From the NCBI GenBank assembly GCA_043753995.1, contig JAYUVP010000249.1, positions 1-64,000 of the forward strand: a stretch of 64,000 nt of DNA, written 5' to 3'. Source of the stretch: Fibrobacterota bacterium. Lineage in GTDB: Bacteria; Fibrobacterota; Fibrobacteria; UBA11236. This document shows positions 51,442-61,280 of this stretch, piece by piece. Every line of letters starts with the position of its first letter. Within the stretch, counting starts at the first letter, position 1. The notes beneath the pieces were generated by a model. It saw only the letters and a program-made list of their open reading frames with translations. It was not told the origin of the DNA and did not search any database. A program made the position numbers and the translations under genes.

Positions 51442-53318
51442 TAGTAATTGCCTATTTCTTCGAGTTGCAACCGGTAGAGGCGTGCCGTGGTTTTGGCTGC
51501 TTTTACGATTTCATCGGCAAGCATTGGGGTCAAGGGTAAAAGTTTCATCGCCGTATGCATTTCTTCGAGGTGATGCTCGTCATTGTGACCGTGATAGAGA
51601 AGAAAGGACACCGCATCGGAACTCAGTTGAAGGGCCCTTTGGATTTTCTCGCCCCAAGCCTTGGCCAGGTTTTTTCCAAGTCCTTCGATGATAAAAACCG
51701 AGCCTAGCATGTGAAAAGGATTTTCCCTTCCGGCCTGGTGAAACATATAAGCGGAAAAGGCCTCGGATCCAATATTCTTGGGATGGGAAAGTATGTCCCC
51801 GCGTTCGCCCCCGGAGGCGACATAGTTGGCTTCGAGCATGCGGAAATCGCGGTGCTCATCCCAGGAATGCTTGAGATAGAGAGAGCGCAATTCAAAATGC
51901 TCCGTGGTGATATTCGAGGCCGCTTTGGAAATCCAGCGACTGCCCTCCATGACTTGCTGGCGCAGGTTGAGAAGCAATTCCCTGTAGTCGGATCGGGTTA
52001 AGTTTCCGGTCTCGATTTTGTGGATGAGGGATAACTTGCTTAGTCCCAATTCGAAATCCGACCACACCAGGAAGAGGCGACGGAAAAGGGAGGCCAGTAA
52101 ATCCTCGCCCGGCTGAAGCGGGATGTCGCTCGGAGTGGCGGATATTTCTTGTTGCGCCGGTAACAATGATTTTTTTTCCGTTGGCGATTCGCCGACTACG
52201 GTCAATAGCATAAAACTGGTGATAAAGCGACCGCTCTCGGGGACTTGGCAAAGGATTTTCTGCCCGGATTGAAGCCGTCCCGATTGCCATAGTTCTTCGA
52301 GCATGATCAACAGGGAGGCCGCGCCTGTATTGCCCTTGTGATATAGGTTGGTGAACCACTTATGCGCAGGAATGTCGGCCAGGCATTTCTGCAATAGGTC
52401 GACGATTTGATCCTTGAAGACATGCGAGGAATAGTGACAAAGAAACCAGTCGAAATCGGGTTTGAGCTTGCCCTCTTCGATAAGCGAGAGATAATGCGAC
52501 ACACCCAAGGGGACGATTTTGTCGAGCATGGCGAGATCTTGTCTTAGGGTAAACAGACCTTGCCGAACGGCGTCACCATAATTCGCCATTTCTCCCGTGG
52601 TAACCCGTATGCTTCCGTCTTCGGATTTTTCACCGCCGGCATACATGCAAACATCCAGGCTATCGGCATGTGATTTCAAGTCTATCCACTCGATACGGAG
52701 GGATAGGCCACTTTCCTTGGGCCGGTCTTGCAGAAGCGCGGCGCCCGCACCATCCGACAACATCCAGCGTAAAAATTCGGTGTCGAGCGGTATGCGCTTC
52801 TCATTCTGAAAGCTGTCTAGTTCTTCGAGTATCGGGGCCCGGAATTGACGGCTGGGAAATTCGCTGCCGCAAACCATGCCGGTCTTGTGCTTGCCGCAGG
52901 CAATGGCGTGATAGGCCCCTTGAAGCGCGGACATGACGCTCGCGCAAACACCTTGAAAAGAGGCGACATCGCAGCAGGCGATCTTGGCTTCGCCTTGCAC
53001 CATGCTCGAAAAGCCGGGTACGAAGAGATCGCCTTGGGTGGTGGCGGTGGCCAAATAGTCAATACCCTTGGCGTCGATGGAGGAGTCTTTGAGGGCGGCG
53101 TGAATGGCGAGGGAAGCCATTTGCGCATTGCGATGTGTGGGTTTGCCATTTTCGTCGAGAGCATAATGGCGGGTTTCGATGCGATTGAGTTTGAGCACTC
53201 GCTTTTTCGCGATCGATGGCTTTCCTCCCACGAGTCCGAGTCGCTTCTCGGCGGCTTCGGAGTCTAGCGCGGGTCCAGGAAGAAAGGCTCCGAGCGAAGT
53301 GATATAAACGGGTCGCAT
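51441..53318 (-). CDS. StlD/DarB-type ketosynthase III fused to a C-terminal heme-oxygenase-like (iron redox) domain
   Basis: Triad GVCAS, CHYSS, GNTGAAS; FLRWMLSDGAGA and VPESGRF typical of DarB/StlD; C-terminal QVMEG..HSWDEH..IEG..HGHNDEHH ligands. Confidence 0.85.
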   Translation of the reverse strand: MRPVYITSLGAFLPGPALDSEAAEKRLGLVGGKPSIAKKRVLKLNRIETRHYALDENGKPTHRNAQMASLAIHAALKDSSIDAKGIDYLATATTQGDLFVPGFSSMVQGEAKIACCDVASFQGVCASVMSALQGAYHAIACGKHKTGMVCGSEFPSRQFRAPILEELDSFQNEKRIPLDTEFLRWMLSDGAGAALLQDRPKESGLSLRIEWIDLKSHADSLDVCMYAGGEKSEDGSIRVTTGEMANYGDAVRQGLFTLRQDLAMLDKIVPLGVSHYLSLIEEGKLKPDFDWFLCHYSSHVFKDQIVDLLQKCLADIPAHKWFTNLYHKGNTGAASLLIMLEELWQSGRLQSGQKILCQVPESGRFITSFMLLTVVGESPTEKKSLLPAQQEISATPSDIPLQPGEDLLASLFRRLFLVWSDFELGLSKLSLIHKIETGNLTRSDYRELLLNLRQQVMEGSRWISKAASNITTEHFELRSLYLKHSWDEHRDFRMLEANYVASGGERGDILSHPKNIGSEAFSAYMFHQAGRENPFHMLGSVFIIEGLGKNLAKAWGEKIQRALQLSSDAVSFLLYHGHNDEHHLEEMHTAMKLLPLTPMLADEIVKAAKTTARLYRLQLEEIGNY

Positions 53319-53332
53319 GAATGTCCTGAGGT

Positions 53333-54265
53333 TTAGACGGGCGAAGGGGAATGGGCAGGTGCAGGAGCTTGCAAGGAATCGGATCGGCGAAAATCGAAAG
53401 TTCGATAGCGGCGAACGAAATGCTGTAAGACGAAAATTTTCAAGAAGTAAAAGGCGAGACTAGGCTCATTCAATTGGGGATGGATCCAATGACGTAGGCG
53501 ATCGTGTTCCTTAGGCCATTGCGACCAATGCATGTTGATATTGCGGTGATGGACAAGATGATAACCGTGATTAAAGGTGATGCGGTTCAGCCAAACGCCG
53601 ACGAAATTTCGGCTGGAATCATAGGGGTGATGGGGGGCTGTGTGATGATGTTGAAAATAGCCGGTGCCTACCATGGCCAAAACGCCGAAGGCTTGCGGCA
53701 AGAGTAGGGCATAGGCGGTGGTCTTCGCGTCGATTCGCCAGAGATAAAGGGTCAAGGTAAGCCAAGCGGCGATTTGCAGCGACCAAAAAAGGCCGAGCCG
53801 AAATCCCGAGGTGTTCCGAGGTTTCGCCATCAAGGAAAGCCAATAAAGGAAGCTTGCCCGAAAGTAAACCCTGACTCCATGCGCGAGATAACGAAAGAAC
53901 TGCAAAAAATTATTGTGATGGGAATAACGGTAGGTGTAAGTGTAATCGTCGCTGCTGTTGGCATAACGGTGGTGATTGGCATTGTGCGTCGCTTTCCAGG
54001 CATAGCAGCCATCAAAGCGGTAGAGGGTGAAGAGGAATTCGATGGCGCGATTGGCCAACCTGGAGCGGAAAAAGGGCCAATGGCCGTGACAATGCTGAAT
54101 GCAGCCGACCACATAGGTGATTAAAGCGGTGAGCACCGAAAGCCACAGGCGCGGCCCTATCAGGAAGTGCCAAGTCACGAGTAGCGGATAAACAGCCAAG
54201 ACGCCAAGGCAGCGAAGGTCTTGTTTGTTTCTAAGGCCTAGAACGGAAGAAGACGCCTGCGGCAT
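53333..54265 (-). CDS. Membrane fatty acid desaturase
   Basis: His boxes HCHGH, HNANHH, QHHH, HLVHH. Confidence 0.88.
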   Translation of the reverse strand: MPQASSSVLGLRNKQDLRCLGVLAVYPLLVTWHFLIGPRLWLSVLTALITYVVGCIQHCHGHWPFFRSRLANRAIEFLFTLYRFDGCYAWKATHNANHHRYANSSDDYTYTYRYSHHNNFLQFFRYLAHGVRVYFRASFLYWLSLMAKPRNTSGFRLGLFWSLQIAAWLTLTLYLWRIDAKTTAYALLLPQAFGVLAMVGTGYFQHHHTAPHHPYDSSRNFVGVWLNRITFNHGYHLVHHRNINMHWSQWPKEHDRLRHWIHPQLNEPSLAFYFLKIFVLQHFVRRYRTFDFRRSDSLQAPAPAHSPSPV

Positions 54266-54268
54266 GAC

Positions 54269-55033
54269 TTATTCCGCCGGGCTATGCGCGCGACGACGGT
54301 AGCCCGAGGCCAGCCAGCGGTCAAGCCAGGGCGTCCAGAAGCCGAAATTGCGTGTCGCCTTGCGGTGGTGGGTGCCATGGCGCCAATTGTTTTCCAGAAA
54401 ACTCGCGCCTTGAGTGTGGGTTGGCCAGGAGAAATTGGCATGCCCGAAAGTATTGGCAGTCATGCTGATAGCCGGCCAAAGCATGATGGCGAGGATGTCG
54501 AAGTCATGCACAAGCATGATGAGAATCATGGTTCCGCTATAGAGTAAGGCCTCGAACCAGTGAAAGCTAAGGCTACTGAAAGGCGTAGTGGTCACGCTGT
54601 AATGATGCACGGAATGCACACGACGAAAAAGGAAAGGTCTATGCAATAACCAATGGCAGGAAAAGAAATAAAGCTCATTCCAAGCGGCGAAGAGAAGCAA
54701 GTCGCCGAGTGCGCGTACTAGGGAAAAGTCTTTCCATAAAATGGTGAGCATTCCATGCTCTTCCAATTTGAGCGCTAAAACCGCGAAGAAACTGAGAAAA
54801 AGCATGGCACTCATGGACTTCCGAATTTCATGGCCTATTTGACCCGCCTTGATTGGGCGGTTGTCGATATAAAATCCCAGTTTCCGTTTGATCAGAACGT
54901 CACGAATGAAAAGGAAAGATATGGCGGACAAGGAAAAATAAGCCACCAAAAAACCCGCAATATGCCAGGCATAGTATTCGGGCCAACTCAGACTATGCGA
55001 CAGCGTTTGCAGGGCGCCGAAGTCGAGCATCAC
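54269..55033 (-). CDS. Sterol desaturase/fatty acid hydroxylase family protein
   Basis: HWLLH, HSVHH, SFHWFEA, GH, HGTHH..NFG. Confidence 0.9.
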   Translation of the reverse strand: MMLDFGALQTLSHSLSWPEYYAWHIAGFLVAYFSLSAISFLFIRDVLIKRKLGFYIDNRPIKAGQIGHEIRKSMSAMLFLSFFAVLALKLEEHGMLTILWKDFSLVRALGDLLLFAAWNELYFFSCHWLLHRPFLFRRVHSVHHYSVTTTPFSSLSFHWFEALLYSGTMILIMLVHDFDILAIMLWPAISMTANTFGHANFSWPTHTQGASFLENNWRHGTHHRKATRNFGFWTPWLDRWLASGYRRRAHSPAE

Positions 55034-55800
55034 GATTTCTCCAAGGGCTCGTCATAATTGAAGCGGGCCGAACGCGTCCGGAAAGTTTCGTCGAACCAGG
55101 GAAAGGCAAAACCGTAATTGCCCTTGATATGGGTGTGATGCAAGGTGTGTCGACGGCAAGAAGAGAAAAGATGATTCAAGGCGAGCTTGGGAAAAACGGC
55201 ATAATTCATATGGCCGATATTGTTCATGAAAAGACTCAAAGCCGGGAAGAGAATGATGGCTCCCATGCTCAGAGGCGCGAAGGCCATATAGGTCACCATG
55301 ACGCTGCTCAGCAAGACGGCTTCGAACCAGTGAAAGCTATAGGTCGAAAAGGGAGTGGGCACAACCGAAAGATGGTGATGCCGATGCACATGTCGGTAAA
55401 ACCAGGGTAGGTGCAAGAGATAATGCGAGGCATAGAAATGAACTTCATTCCATAAGGTGAGCAGAATGAGATCGAGGACTAGACGCCAGGGTGAATGAAT
55501 CCAATCGATGTGAATCAGGCCCAGCCGCTGCAAGCCCAAGGTCAATCCACCATAAGCGCCGAAGACGAGAATGGAGATTAAGGAAAGTCTCACTTCACGC
55601 GTGATTTGCCGGGGTGGAATGGGGCGTGAATCGATGACGCGGCCAATTTTGAAAGTCGGAAGGACTTTTTGGGTGAGCTGAAGCGTGATAAAAGCCAGGG
55701 CGAAGTAAATGAAAGCAAAACCGAGTGCAACTAAGGCGGCAATTTGCCAGAGCCTAAGTTCGAACATGAAATCGCGTAGTCCGATTTGCAAGGCCGTCAT
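55030..55800 (-). CDS. Sterol desaturase/fatty acid hydroxylase family protein
   Basis: HYLLH, HRHHH, SFHWFEA, GH, HTLHH..NYG. Confidence 0.9.
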   Translation of the reverse strand: MTALQIGLRDFMFELRLWQIAALVALGFAFIYFALAFITLQLTQKVLPTFKIGRVIDSRPIPPRQITREVRLSLISILVFGAYGGLTLGLQRLGLIHIDWIHSPWRLVLDLILLTLWNEVHFYASHYLLHLPWFYRHVHRHHHLSVVPTPFSTYSFHWFEAVLLSSVMVTYMAFAPLSMGAIILFPALSLFMNNIGHMNYAVFPKLALNHLFSSCRRHTLHHTHIKGNYGFAFPWFDETFRTRSARFNYDEPLEKS

Positions 55801-56039
55801 GCTGCGCTTTCTAGGCGAAGTATCACATCGCCAATGGTGGCGGCGGCCATCAATTCTTCCAAAGGGATTTCAGCCAGGCCGCTTTGATGCAGTTCATACT
55901 CCAATTCGAGAGCGCTTAAAGAGTCGAGCCCTAAATCCTTTTTCAAGGACATATCATGGCTCAGGGATTCGACTGGGCGATGGGAGACTCGGCTGATGGC
56001 TTGCATCACCTTGATTTCAATAGCAGGCATACGGGTCAA
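55797..56039 (-). CDS. Acyl carrier protein
   Basis: DLGLDSL phosphopantetheine site; TIGDV. Confidence 0.88.
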   Translation of the reverse strand: MTRMPAIEIKVMQAISRVSHRPVESLSHDMSLKKDLGLDSLSALELEYELHQSGLAEIPLEELMAAATIGDVILRLESAA

Positions 56040-57250
56040 TCTTGATGACGCGAAAAAAGGAGGGAAACATTATTCGAGCCGAAACCGAAAGAATTCTTGA
56101 GGATGTTTCGCAATGGCGCATGTTGATTCGCCGATTCAGTCGCTGTCATACCTTCCTGAAGGTGAAAGGCTTGCGGCAATTGCTGCTTCATCAAGGCTTG
56201 GACGCATAGAATGGATTCGAGGATACCACAAGCCCCAAGACTATGTCCGATTTGGTTTTTTGGAGCCACCACGAGCTTGCCGCCGAGTTCCTTGCCAAAT
56301 ACCGAATGCATGCCGAGATATTCGACTTCATCATTCTTCAGGGTACCGGTGCCATGCGCGCAAATGGCATCGATATCTTTGGCCTCTATTCCGGCGCAAG
56401 CTAAGGCTTTGTGCATGACGGCAATAATATCGCTCGCATCGGGCTTCGGTGCGACTGGATGATATGCACCTGAATTCTGTGCCACGCCGGAAAGCTTTGC
56501 CAAGATCGGTGCGCCACGCCTGCGCGCCGACTCTGGTGATTCAAGTATAAGGAAGCCAGCTCCCTCGGCGAGTATAAAGCCGTCGCGCTCCGGGTGAAAG
56601 GAGCGTCCCGGCTGCAGGGGATCGCGTTGGGCGCTGAGCACTTTCAATTGCTTATAAGCATGATAATTGAAGGGTGAAAGCGGGGCTTCTGCGCCGCCCA
56701 CCAAAGCGATGTCCCATTGCCCAGTAGCGATTTTCCAAAAGCCTTCAGCAAGGGCATTTGCGCTTGAGGAGCAGGCCGTAGAGATGCAGAGGTTCGGACC
56801 GGTAATGCCGGTTTGTTGGGCTATCCATGACCCCAGGGCACTGGGCATCACCTTGGGGACGGTGAAGGGATGTATCGCGCGCATGCCTTCTTGCAAGGCT
56901 TTGGCGATCATTTCTTCATGAAAGTCCAGACCACCGAGACCACTGCCCAGGCAAATGCCGATGCGATAGTCGGAAGTGTCGCCGGACAAGCCCGCTTGAT
57001 CCAAAGCCTCGCGGGCAGCGATGATACCTAAGTGTACGCAGCGAGCAGAGCGAGCGAGAATTTCGGGTGGTAGTCGCTTGGCGACATCGATATGGACCTT
57101 GCCAACCAAAACCGGATCGATAGCAAAACCGTCCTGAAATGAGAATTGGGCTTTGCCGGAAGACATTTCATCCCAAAAAGCATCTACTCCGCAGGCGCGG
57201 CCGACGAGCGCACCCAAGCCGGTGATGACAGGAAAGGTTACCATCAACAA
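56036..57250 (-). CDS. Beta-ketoacyl-ACP synthase (FabF-like)
   Basis: VITGLG, STACSSS, AHGTGT, KNQIGHSLGA, NSFGFG. Confidence 0.92.
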   Translation of the reverse strand: MLMVTFPVITGLGALVGRACGVDAFWDEMSSGKAQFSFQDGFAIDPVLVGKVHIDVAKRLPPEILARSARCVHLGIIAAREALDQAGLSGDTSDYRIGICLGSGLGGLDFHEEMIAKALQEGMRAIHPFTVPKVMPSALGSWIAQQTGITGPNLCISTACSSSANALAEGFWKIATGQWDIALVGGAEAPLSPFNYHAYKQLKVLSAQRDPLQPGRSFHPERDGFILAEGAGFLILESPESARRRGAPILAKLSGVAQNSGAYHPVAPKPDASDIIAVMHKALACAGIEAKDIDAICAHGTGTLKNDEVEYLGMHSVFGKELGGKLVVAPKNQIGHSLGACGILESILCVQALMKQQLPQAFHLQEGMTATESANQHAPLRNILKNSFGFGSNNVSLLFSRHQD

Positions 57251-57259
57251 CCCCTCAAA

Positions 57260-57841
57260 TCATTGCTCTTGCTCGGGCATATCGAATAAAAAACCGATCT
57301 GAAAAAACATCTCTAAGTTGGCTGACGCCCCACGCCTAACAAACGAGTTATTGTTCGATCCCATGGGAATAAAAATCTCGATAGCATTTCCGGCGGCCAT
57401 CTTAAAGTGACCCGCCTGAAAATGGAATTTGCCCCCTGGTGCAATGAGGGCGTCCTCGGATTTGAAGGAACCATAGTAGTCGCGCTCACGATAATACCGA
57501 TATCCGAATTCGATTTCAGGAGTAAAGCCCCAGCGGTAGCCCTGCCAAACGCTATAGCCAAAATAGATGGACGGGCTAAGGTATTTGCTTGTCTTCGACT
57601 GGGTCTGAATTTGAATCAAATTGATAATTCCCGGCTTTAAACCGAATTCAAAGCGATCCACATGTCTTTCCAAAAAAAGTTCGATGGGAAAAATGCCAAC
57701 CGTGCCTCCGCTATAGCTACGGTCAACCTGGGATTCTCCAGCGGAGGACAAAATGAAACCGACTTGATTATCATAGGCGCTTGCTCCAGAGTGAAACAAG
57801 GGCAAGGTGCTGAGCAGGAATAAAAACCGCGGTAGGAACAT
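57260..57841 (-). CDS. Hypothetical exported protein, possible small outer-membrane beta-barrel
   Basis: Signal peptide (..SGASA); alternating aromatic beta strands; FQIGFLF near the C-terminus. Confidence 0.5.
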   Translation of the reverse strand: MFLPRFLFLLSTLPLFHSGASAYDNQVGFILSSAGESQVDRSYSGGTVGIFPIELFLERHVDRFEFGLKPGIINLIQIQTQSKTSKYLSPSIYFGYSVWQGYRWGFTPEIEFGYRYYRERDYYGSFKSEDALIAPGGKFHFQAGHFKMAAGNAIEIFIPMGSNNNSFVRRGASANLEMFFQIGFLFDMPEQEQ

Positions 57842-57866
57842 GGGGTGCAAAGTAATATTCCCAATC

Positions 57867-58166
57867 ATGAGCCAGCCTTCGTCATCCCATGATTCTTGTC
57901 GCCAAAAGCCGGGTCTTTTCAAACCCATTGTCAATCATTCGCGCTGTGAAGGCAAAAGCGATTGCGTGGTGGTCTGTCCGGTGAATGTTTTCGAAGTGCG
58001 CCGCATCGAAGATTCTGATTTCGCGGCACTAGGCATACTGGCCAAGGTCAAAGTCATGGTCCATGGCAGAAAAACGGCCTATACGCCCCGCGCCGAGGCT
58101 TGCGAAGCCTGCGGCCTATGCGTCACGGCTTGTCCGGAAAAGGCGATTCGCCTGATGAAGGTTTAA
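57867..58166 (+). CDS. Ferredoxin-family protein (dicluster type)
   Basis: CEGKSDCVVVCP and CEACGLCVTACP. Confidence 0.85.
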   Translation: MSQPSSSHDSCRQKPGLFKPIVNHSRCEGKSDCVVVCPVNVFEVRRIEDSDFAALGILAKVKVMVHGRKTAYTPRAEACEACGLCVTACPEKAIRLMKV

Positions 58167-58172
58167 GCGGTT

Positions 58173-61100
58173 TTAATTCGGCGGGGTTCCCCATTTGAAC
58201 CAGGCATTCAAGGTGGCCAGTTCGGTGGGAGTGAGTTGCACACCCGAAGCGGGCATATATCCTGCGGATAGGAATGGACGATTGATGCGATCGTAAACCT
58301 TGCTTCGCGTCAAGGAGTCGGCGACAGTCGTGGAATCGCAAACCGCGGTGGCGTTCACCTTCCCGGGCCCGTGGCATGTCAGGCAGTAGGTGTTTAGAAC
58401 GGTGGAAACGCCGGAGTTAAAAGGCGGCAAAACCGTATTGCGAGCCAAGGCATGAATAGGCCCGTCCGTGGCGGTGGCCGTGATGGTTGTCGTGCCGGTG
58501 ATCATTTTCAAGACTTGAACTTGGGTGGAGCTCACCACTTTCAAAACCGCAGGATTGCTGCTGGTCAAGGCATAGGTCTTGAGCGTGGTGGAATCTGGCG
58601 CGAAAACCGCTGTGCTTTGCACCGTCGTTCCCACCACGAGCCGTGGCAGGGTTAGGGCGATTCCCGTAGCCACCACATTCCCCACGGTTACATTGAAATT
58701 CGCTGTTTTCGCCCCGTCGGTCGAAGTCACGCGCCATACCGAATTCCCCGCCGCTGTTCCCGATAATTGAGTTGTTCCTACCAGAGTGGCACCTGTACCT
58801 GACACCAAGGAAAGGGTATAGCCCTTATTTGTCGCCGATGACGGCGTCCAGGATAAAGTTGGCGCCTTGGTACTGCCAACAAAAAGGCTGAGGTTAGCCG
58901 CGCTCACGCTCTGCACCGGGACCGGGCCCACGACCACGGTGAAGGTGTCCTTGACCGTGGGATTTTGCACCGAAGTCGCGACAATCTTCACCGAGCCCAA
59001 TGCGGATGCCGTCACCTTGCCTCCGGGCAAAACCGTGACGCCCAAGCCCAAGGAGGTGAGGGTATAGCTCTTACTCGTCGCCTCCTCAGGAAAGGCGCCT
59101 ACCTGTGGAATCACGGTGTCGCCGACTTGAAAGGAAGTGTCTGCTCCGACCAAGCTGTCGACGGGCCACGGAATCACGGTCACTTTAAAGGACTTGGATT
59201 TCGCTCCTTCTTCGGTGGTCAATCCGACATTGGCCGATCCCACGTAGGCGCCATGAATTCGAATACCCGTGGGCGTGGTCACTGTGGTATCGAAGGAAAC
59301 CAAGCTATAGCCCTTATTGCTCGCATCCCCCGGCGCAAAAGTCACCTTGGGGAATTTCGTGTCGCCAAGCCTCACCGTGTCTTCCGCCACCGTCACGTTT
59401 TGCAAGGGGACGAAATGGGCATTGAGCCAGCCCAGTAAAATGCCCAGCTGGCTGGGAGTCAAGTCGCCTTCAGCCGGCATGCGATCCTTGTCGGTTTTCG
59501 CGAGTTGCAAGCGCCGTAGCGATTCCGCGCCCTTGATCAAGAAAACGCTGGAGTCTTGCAAGTTGAAAGTAATGGTGGGGCTATGGCATTTGCCGCATTT
59601 CTCGGTGGTGATGGGCTTAACATGCGCGTCGAATTGCGGCGTCACGGCCATAGCGGTGAAGGTGGCCGTCTTGTCTCCATCTTCGGCGCGCACCGTGATT
59701 TTTGCCGAGCCCAATACCCCGGCCACCAGGCGATTGCCGACCGGTTTGATGGCGGCGCTATTGTCGCTTTCCAAGGTGTAATTCTTATTGGTGGCGTCAT
59801 TCGGTAAGAAGACCACTCTGGGCGTGATGGTGTCGCCGAGGGCGATGGCGGTGTCCTTGGCAGAGAGGCTAAGCACCGTTTTCACATTGCGGCCCAACCA
59901 GAGCAGCATCAAATCGAGATCGCGCTTGTCCATGGTGGTGTCGGCAGGCATATGCGCCGTGTTTCCGAAAGGCAAGGACAATCGCGCGAGGGCCTTGCTT
60001 CCACGGCCGACGAGTACAGCCGAGTCCTGCAGATTGAAGGTAATGGTGGGGCTATGGCATTTGCCACACCACTTCTTGGAAATGGGTTGTATATCGGCAA
60101 AGGTTGGGCCTCGTACGGTCACCGTAAAGGTGTCCTTTGCTCCGCCGGCAGTTGCGGTAACCGTCACCTGCGCCGAGCCTTCGGCGCGCAAGGCGAGGCG
60201 CTTGCCGACGACACGGACTCGGGTGGTATCATCGCTTGCTATTTCAAATTCGCGCTCGGTGGCATTGGAAGGCATGAAGACGATGTTCGGTGTAAGGGTG
60301 TCATAAAGCAAACCCGTGGTGTCCACCGCGTCCAGCGCAGTCGGGGCGATGCTCTTGTCGCTAATCGAGAATGAGAAGGTGGCCTTGGCGCTGCCACGGT
60401 TGGCCTGCACCGTCACCTGGGTGCTACCTGCGGCGAGAGCGACGAGGCGAAGCCCGCTCAGCACCTTGGCCTTGGTGGTGTCCGCTACGATCAATTGCAC
60501 GCCCTTGTCGGTGGCGCCGTCAGGCTCCAAGGTCGGCGTGACTGTCACGGTATCACCGGTTTTGGCGCCGAGATTCGATACCGAGATGGAGCTAAGCAAG
60601 ATCACCTTTTCGGTGATGGTCACTGAGAAAGACATACGGGCCGTGTCGCGATGGGCTCGCACTTCGATAGTGACCTTGCCCGTATCACGGCATAGCACGG
60701 CATGGCCGCGCGTTCCCGCGCGCAAGGTGTCGACGGCATGCAGGCTGTATTCCTTGTCGGCGGCGGTGTCGGGACGCACGGTCACCCGGGCATTCACCGT
60801 GTCTCCCGCCTGGCAGTCCAGATCTTCGGCTGTCAGTCGCGTGCGCGCCCTGTCTACCTGCGCCAAGCTGTCTTGATGCGCGACACTATCGGCGAGGATG
60901 ACGCTGTCCTTGCGGGCCTTGACGTCCACCACGGCGCTGTCGCGCTTCTGTCCTTTTTCGGCATAGTCGAAGCGCTTTTCAAAGGCCACGGCATTGTCTT
61001 TCAGCCCCGTGATGACGGCCGAAAAATTGGGCGACACGTTTTCGGGCAAATCGAATTGCACCGTGCTCTGGCCCGGCTTCAAAACAAAGGTTTTGCTGAA

Positions 61101-61280
61101 CAGGGTTTTGCCCGTGTCGAGTCCCTTAGGATAAAGCGAAACCTTCACGCTGTCGAATTTCCCCACCAGAGTGGAATCGAGCTGGAATTGCAATTCGGTT
61201 TTTTCCTTGGGATTGCTCAGGCAGGAAAATAGCCCGAGCAAGACAAAGCCGAGAAGCGAAAGGGAAAGCAGGGTTTTCAT
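58173..61280 (-). CDS. Large lipoprotein with tandem Ig-like (Big_2-type) domains and three c-type cytochrome domains
   Basis: Lipobox LFSC; repeated P.NAT.K.Y.L.S..G.A.ITV units; CGKCH, CGKCH and CLTCH, each followed by an xMP motif. Confidence 0.82.
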   Translation of the reverse strand: MKTLLSLSLLGFVLLGLFSCLSNPKEKTELQFQLDSTLVGKFDSVKVSLYPKGLDTGKTLFSKTFVLKPGQSTVQFDLPENVSPNFSAVITGLKDNAVAFEKRFDYAEKGQKRDSAVVDVKARKDSVILADSVAHQDSLAQVDRARTRLTAEDLDCQAGDTVNARVTVRPDTAADKEYSLHAVDTLRAGTRGHAVLCRDTGKVTIEVRAHRDTARMSFSVTITEKVILLSSISVSNLGAKTGDTVTVTPTLEPDGATDKGVQLIVADTTKAKVLSGLRLVALAAGSTQVTVQANRGSAKATFSFSISDKSIAPTALDAVDTTGLLYDTLTPNIVFMPSNATEREFEIASDDTTRVRVVGKRLALRAEGSAQVTVTATAGGAKDTFTVTVRGPTFADIQPISKKWCGKCHSPTITFNLQDSAVLVGRGSKALARLSLPFGNTAHMPADTTMDKRDLDLMLLWLGRNVKTVLSLSAKDTAIALGDTITPRVVFLPNDATNKNYTLESDNSAAIKPVGNRLVAGVLGSAKITVRAEDGDKTATFTAMAVTPQFDAHVKPITTEKCGKCHSPTITFNLQDSSVFLIKGAESLRRLQLAKTDKDRMPAEGDLTPSQLGILLGWLNAHFVPLQNVTVAEDTVRLGDTKFPKVTFAPGDASNKGYSLVSFDTTVTTPTGIRIHGAYVGSANVGLTTEEGAKSKSFKVTVIPWPVDSLVGADTSFQVGDTVIPQVGAFPEEATSKSYTLTSLGLGVTVLPGGKVTASALGSVKIVATSVQNPTVKDTFTVVVGPVPVQSVSAANLSLFVGSTKAPTLSWTPSSATNKGYTLSLVSGTGATLVGTTQLSGTAAGNSVWRVTSTDGAKTANFNVTVGNVVATGIALTLPRLVVGTTVQSTAVFAPDSTTLKTYALTSSNPAVLKVVSSTQVQVLKMITGTTTITATATDGPIHALARNTVLPPFNSGVSTVLNTYCLTCHGPGKVNATAVCDSTTVADSLTRSKVYDRINRPFLSAGYMPASGVQLTPTELATLNAWFKWGTPPN

